Source: Oligosphaeraceae bacterium (GTDB lineage: Bacteria; Verrucomicrobiota; Lentisphaeria; Oligosphaerales; Oligosphaeraceae). Taken from it: a stretch of DNA of 49,229 nt. Shown in pieces: positions 46,301-49,229 of this stretch. Within the stretch, counting starts at the first letter, position 1; each line of letters starts with the position of its first letter. The DNA is taken from NCBI GenBank assembly GCA_012799725.1, contig JAAZKR010000074.1, positions 1 through 49,229 on the forward strand. The letters run 5' to 3'. The position numbers and the translations under genes were made by a program. The notes beneath the pieces are model-generated. The model had not been told where the DNA came from, ran no database searches, and worked only from the letters and a program-made list of their open reading frames with translations.

Positions 46301-47301
46301 ATTTCAAACATCCGCGACAGGATTTCGCTGGGTTTGTAATTGATTTTCAGGTCAACGGCGAATATGCCAAACGCGTAGCGCTCTCCGCAGCAATATACAA
46401 TAAAAGCTTTGCCTGCGATACGCCACCATGGGGATGTGCGAAAAATCAAGATATGCATTTTGATCTCGGACCATTAGCTGATAAAGCAGAGCAGACTTTA
46501 TCATTTGACCTGACCCAGATTGCGCCCGAAGGCTGGAACGGCACAGTGTTTTTCAGCATCGGCGGAAACAACCTCAATGCCAACCGCAAACTGGAAGCAA
46601 CGATCCTCGAATTCAATAACTCTTCGGCTGACGACTTTGTCAAATTCTCTACTGCCAAGCATGGTACTCCAGACCCGCTGCAAATGCCGCGATTGCTCAA
46701 AAAACCAGACTCGCTCGATAAAATAAATCATGAGGAGTGGAAGAAAGGCTGGGCCAGAATTGAAAAACTTCAGAAAATCCAAAAAACGCATAACGAAATC
46801 ACTCAGCAAACACGGGGTTATTTTGCTTATGATGAGCATTGTCTTTATATCGGAGCTTTTGCGGAGGAAACAGGGCGTAAAATGGTGGCTGTAGACCAAC
46901 CCTTGTGGCGAAACGACTGCCTGGAATATTATTTCATCCGCCCCGATGGTCAAATGCTCCAAATGGTTATCGATGTGCGGGGTAAAATGAGTTTTCATGT
47001 CAGGCTCCAGGACGCTATTCCAAGCGATGGCATCACTGTCCGCTCACAAAAGATAGATGGAGAAGGCTTCTATACTTTTGTGGCAATTCCATGGAAAAAG
47101 CTTGGCATTAACAGCATCGCTGCCGGGACTAAATTAAAGTTCAACCTTTGTCGTACAAGAAACGGCGAACGTCAGGAATTCGGATCGTGGGGGGTAGTTG
47201 AAAGTGCATATGCGGAATCAGACGGATTTGGAACGATCATCCTCGGCAGATTCGGACAGGGACAGGGACGTTACGAGGAAGTGATGCTTGACAACAAATG
47301 A
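43318..47301 (+). CDS. Giant secreted protein with C-terminal CBM9-like carbohydrate-binding domain; catalytic domain unknown
   Basis: 1327 aa with the signal-like N-terminus MMRFQYCLAAVLLCSEILLGAAV. The C-terminal roughly 180 aa (GYFAYDEHCLYIGAFAEE...WRNDCLEYYFIRPDG...FYTFVAIPWKKLG...KFNLCR) fit the CBM9/DOMON-like pattern. The rest is unassigned. Confidence 0.6.
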   Translation: MMRFQYCLAAVLLCSEILLGAAVLSSNTGKYIFNEQNGALQSIEDARNGRKTVSVHNSYLVQRKSGDLQADEKNDSVTGKSTVGNSITYVCNNPDLPDFEIRKRYWIADGLLRRELTLLNRSSEKAYFFPFSESIFSPEFKEKAYYFGAGYLGPFKPAAVVDIPTPVNEYVQTSKGMVLINASNELGSYAHYRVKINDTIVYPWWQSAISRYREKEDRLYYMPNGWKMCLGGLDIEPNDGSIRLTDAFSFFHGSLYDFFTGVYGSDTEITSELAAIQPVPEVMADIVAMVTQGSNDSMRYLGEMLDEGIFLYNTGLMASWFDYRMDGTMVGWQGGEITADDLAHFFRSIRDMIPGRVMTSHYTVPIAATLPAPIFKERPEWFRVYDREGREDSLFPGMSKNFQAMLNKPQARKFFIDGVISQAEKLGNKAIYVDEAQQYNVINWQTGEMMRDDHTVELWRELRTRAREKNLIFTMNGSGQPFGDFSYMENWVLLSPPKWREYAGVALGLELFSMLRPGARISPLYWHILRENDYTNRLLALGWIPTLGYAADNYPLAPVRAAYEAGDANPIPLAFTPNWMEDPRTDIESYAIQRIGGKDTLLSFINRGPKQDIAIQLDLATLPHDHDARINIWRMPVWRFAQETPVHECKTGDRFFLSNREYRDNYQKYGWLGGFVGAPQLVYSGNAQGTFKDTARMIDENHMVQYIITAGPMAIYTVNNLGANYFFTHNRKVSIDGRKIMNEAEKLEIMLADLDYEFTDITVNGKADIPVKTIDIGGVAMQCITVGTGENTVSYRPIARRKNTDKAALQANYNPAKNQIEVSNADQGELYALTLRGATLYCGTAPIPVPPQHEGGIYQMRRIGDIETVNITLPDGELTEVAKLYNTVFHPEKRQIRTVHTEKDGVVVTKAASYVSSWEDAYELQRTQPVSIVEADEKSLFLRANTTPRERVSYVKHYTRNFAGFEMNGARQIRIRFRSNFGQVQSLSTGHITYNFKHPRQDFAGFVIDFQVNGEYAKRVALSAAIYNKSFACDTPPWGCAKNQDMHFDLGPLADKAEQTLSFDLTQIAPEGWNGTVFFSIGGNNLNANRKLEATILEFNNSSADDFVKFSTAKHGTPDPLQMPRLLKKPDSLDKINHEEWKKGWARIEKLQKIQKTHNEITQQTRGYFAYDEHCLYIGAFAEETGRKMVAVDQPLWRNDCLEYYFIRPDGQMLQMVIDVRGKMSFHVRLQDAIPSDGITVRSQKIDGEGFYTFVAIPWKKLGINSIAAGTKLKFNLCRTRNGERQEFGSWGVVESAYAESDGFGTIILGRFGQGQGRYEEVMLDNK

Positions 47302-47653
47302 CCTTGAATGAAAATCTACCGGCAGGAGTGTGTCATTGTCTACATATATGGCACAATCACAAATGAAAATGCACCGCCAAGGCGAGGCTGATTTTGAAAA
47401 ATTGCATCCAATAGCGTAGCGTTTACCTGCTTTTGGAAACCATACATACCTAACTGATCAGACCAATACTCTTTATTTAAGAACTTTTTTAACTACGGGA
47501 AACACGGGAAATTCAGAAAATCTGTAGGGTTTACGACTCTGATAGTTCGATCGGATTAATCCAATCAATCAACCAAGTTGTTTTTTTAGCCCCCTGTATG
47601 TTAGATTTTACTGAAAAGATGTTTTGCCTGAGGGCATTGCGCTGTAGGTGTTA

Positions 47654-47711
47654 GCCCCAGCCTGAGGAAAGAGTCTCATCCAACGACAGTGCCTTGTAAA
47701 GGTACTATTCA
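47654..47711 (+). repeat. Hairpin-containing dispersed element, copy 2 (5' hairpin deleted, 3' hairpin kept with a G-U-compatible change)
   Basis: gccccagcctgaggaaagagtctcatccaacgacagtgccttgtaaaggtactattcag. The stem is 47688-47694 paired with 47700-47706. The C-to-T change at 47703 preserves pairing only as G-U in a plus-strand transcript. Confidence 0.5.
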
Positions 47712-48126
47712 GTGGCCTCGAGCAAAATCATATCGATTTTCTTGATCAGTATTTTCCCAATTTGGAGTAGCCCTGCGTGCGTGCCTCTCTCGGTTTCATT
47801 GCCCGTCTCAGTGCCGCCATTTGCAACATTCGTTCCGATGCCCTGATTGAATACGGTCAGAGTTATGCCTGGGCGCTGATTCTTGGAGAAGTCCCTTACC
47901 CCGGGTTGCGTCGCGCTCCGCGCTTCCTCACGGGGTTATTTTTATGTGGTGCTTTGCTGCTTCGCACCGGAAAAACTGCCCGGATAAGTATCAGCCGGTT
48001 CTGAATGAATCATCTCAAAAACCAAAACAGCGCCAGTGCAACTTTCACAGAGATTCAGTTCTCTGAACTTGCGCATCGAGTTTTTGAAAATCTTTCACAG
48101 GTAGCATGAAGCCTGATTGTCCGAGA

Positions 48127-48537
48127 TCACGAAGTCTGAAGATAGTCTGTCGGCGATATAATGGGTAAATATCCATTTGGGAAGTGACCGGCATCTCGTG
48201 TGACAATACAATCCACCTTGGTTTGAACTGCTGAGAACAGCTGAATCGCATCCTCGAAATCCTTGTGAGGAAGCTCAGCCGCAAGGCGTAAAATTTTGTC
48301 ATCAAGCGGAATGACTTTGAAAATATTCAGCACAATACGCACACTCTCGAGTGCGCGGTTTTTTCCGGCTTTGCGCACCATGATGAAGTACAGGTTATTC
48401 AGAGAAATAGCGGAAATATACCCTTCAGCTTTTCTGGATTCGCAATCCGCCCAAATGCGTGCTGCCGCTTGATGGAACTCCGGTCTTTTCAGCAGCACAT
48501 CCAAAAGAACATTCGTGTCAATGAATATTTTTTTCAT
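48127..48537 (-). CDS. vapC: PIN-domain toxin (VapC-like)
   Basis: 136 aa. The N-terminus MKKIFIDTNVLLDVLL carries the first acidic PIN residue. Later acidic residues lie in FEDAIQ and IVTRDAGHF. The ATG overlaps the antitoxin stop (ATGA at 48534-48537). Confidence 0.85.
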   Translation of the reverse strand: MKKIFIDTNVLLDVLLKRPEFHQAAARIWADCESRKAEGYISAISLNNLYFIMVRKAGKNRALESVRIVLNIFKVIPLDDKILRLAAELPHKDFEDAIQLFSAVQTKVDCIVTRDAGHFPNGYLPIISPTDYLQTS

Positions 48538-48806
48538 TTGATATCATACTTTTCCATCAGGGCGTCGGTAAGTTCTTCTCGGTAATCCCAATCATCCGGG
48601 AGCGCCGGCATGTCTTTTGCAAGTTCCAGTGCTCGCCTGGTCAGCGGCGGGAAGTCTTCCATGCGGCTTTCTTCCCATGGAGTGTCCTGCATGGCGATAT
48701 AATTGCTGAACAAAGCAGAAATACTCGTCTTGCGGTGTTTCGCAAGCTTGCGGGCTTTTACCAACATCTCCGATGGTATGCTCAAGGTTAATTTTTTTGT
48801 AGCCAT
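48534..48806 (-). CDS. Antitoxin partner of VapC (small, RHH/DUF6364-like)
   Basis: Start chosen at ATG 48806, which is preceded by GGAGG at 5-nt spacing, rather than the ORF-track 48857. The 90-aa product is MATKKLTLSIPSEMLVKARKLAKHRKTSISALF... It is translationally coupled to the PIN gene. Confidence 0.7.
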   Translation of the reverse strand: MATKKLTLSIPSEMLVKARKLAKHRKTSISALFSNYIAMQDTPWEESRMEDFPPLTRRALELAKDMPALPDDWDYREELTDALMEKYDIK

Positions 48807-48886
48807 GATAGCCTCCGTACGTATGCTTCTGAAATAGAATATACGTAATATTTGCAAGAAAACAAGTCCACAGCTTATAAAACCCT

Positions 48887-48908
48887 ACGAAATTATTGAA
48901 AATTTCGT
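48887..48908. promoter_or_regulatory. Perfect 8-bp inverted repeat upstream of the TA operon (candidate autoregulatory operator)
   Basis: acgaaatt (48887-48894), spacer attgaa, aatttcgt (48901-48908). It lies about 80-100 nt upstream of the antitoxin ATG on the minus strand. Confidence 0.35.
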
Positions 48909-49190
48909 ATCTTTTCGTTGTTAAAAAAGAACATGACGCCAGGTTATTAGACCCCATCCAAAAAAGATTTTTTAACCACGGAACACAGGGAACACACGGA
49001 AATTTTATATAGGTTGCTGCTCTAGCGGGTTAGACTGCATGCGGTTTAAAAAGTAGCGCAACCGTCCCGGTTGAGAAGTCCGGACTGTCGTGAGGCGTGC
49101 AGTGCATCGAGTGCATCCGGCTTTCGCCCACATCGTCCACCATGTTTTCCGTGCCCTCCCTCCCCCGCTTACGCGCGCGTACTGTGAATT

Positions 49191-49229
49191 TGCGTTCTTT
49201 GCGGTTATCTTTGCGTTCTTTGCGGTTAT
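49191..49229 (-). repeat. CGCAAAGAA-word repeat (inverted relative of the 15084-15181 family), truncated by window end
   Basis: The reverse complement of tgcgttctttgcggttatctttgcgttctttgcggttat is ataaccgcaaagaacgcaaagataaccgcaaagaacgca. Compare ataaccgccaagaacgccaag at 15152. Confidence 0.6.

Noticed and set aside
47777-48004. 75-aa GTG-start ORF in the gap before the TA pair
   Set aside because: It has no Shine-Dalgarno sequence and an Arg/Leu/Gly-rich product. It reads straight through a strong GC hairpin with a T-run. No family resemblance was found.
1-49229. tRNA or rRNA genes, transposases, integrases, or prophage or defence-system genes
   Set aside because: I scanned for T-loop GGTTCGA(A/T)TCC-type strings, rRNA-like conserved blocks, and DDE, tyrosine-recombinase or reverse-transcriptase-like ORFs. 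None was found. The only classic accessory module is the VapBC pair.

Overview
The window looks like a chromosomal segment from an anaerobic member of the PVC superphylum (Lentisphaerota/Victivallales- or Kiritimatiellota-like). This placement rests on three DUF1559-type pseudopilin-like genes starting [17 protein letters not shown] and on a characteristic set of short intergenic word repeats. It is an inference, not a database hit.

Left third (0.5-15 kb), mostly housekeeping:
- A MoxR ATPase, DUF58 and transglutaminase operon on the minus strand.
- folE, hisD, argS and lnt.
- Three alpha/beta-hydrolase genes directly after lnt. Two of them resemble the paired exosortase-A-associated hydrolases and carry non-serine residues at the nucleophile position.

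Remainder (15-47 kb), a large glycan-utilisation region:
- Two AraC regulators, a GH63/GH37-like (alpha/alpha)6 hydrolase, a GH4 glycosidase and a PF12831-like FAD oxidoreductase.
- Two cytoplasmic GH2 beta-mannosidase-like enzymes and a class I mannose-6-phosphate isomerase.
- Three repeats of a two-gene cassette: a DUF1559 pseudopilin-like gene followed by a giant secreted protein (about 1000-1330 aa) with no recognisable catalytic domain.
- No recognisable transporter gene anywhere in the region.

The most striking element sits inside the mannoside part of this locus, at 30.3-35.7 kb on the minus strand. It is a tightly packed operon encoding a divergent glycyl radical enzyme, an AraR-like GntR/sugar-binding regulator, a short PflA-like radical-SAM activase and an FGGY sugar kinase. 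The glycyl radical enzyme has an eliminase-type G-C-Q-E cysteine loop and an atypical R-I-H-G-T-F glycine loop.

The right edge carries a VapBC-type toxin-antitoxin pair.

Intergenic regions hold several dispersed repeat families: GCAGAT words, CACGGA words, CGCCAAGAA words, and a roughly 60-nt hairpin element.

I found no tRNA, rRNA, CRISPR array, transposase or integrase.
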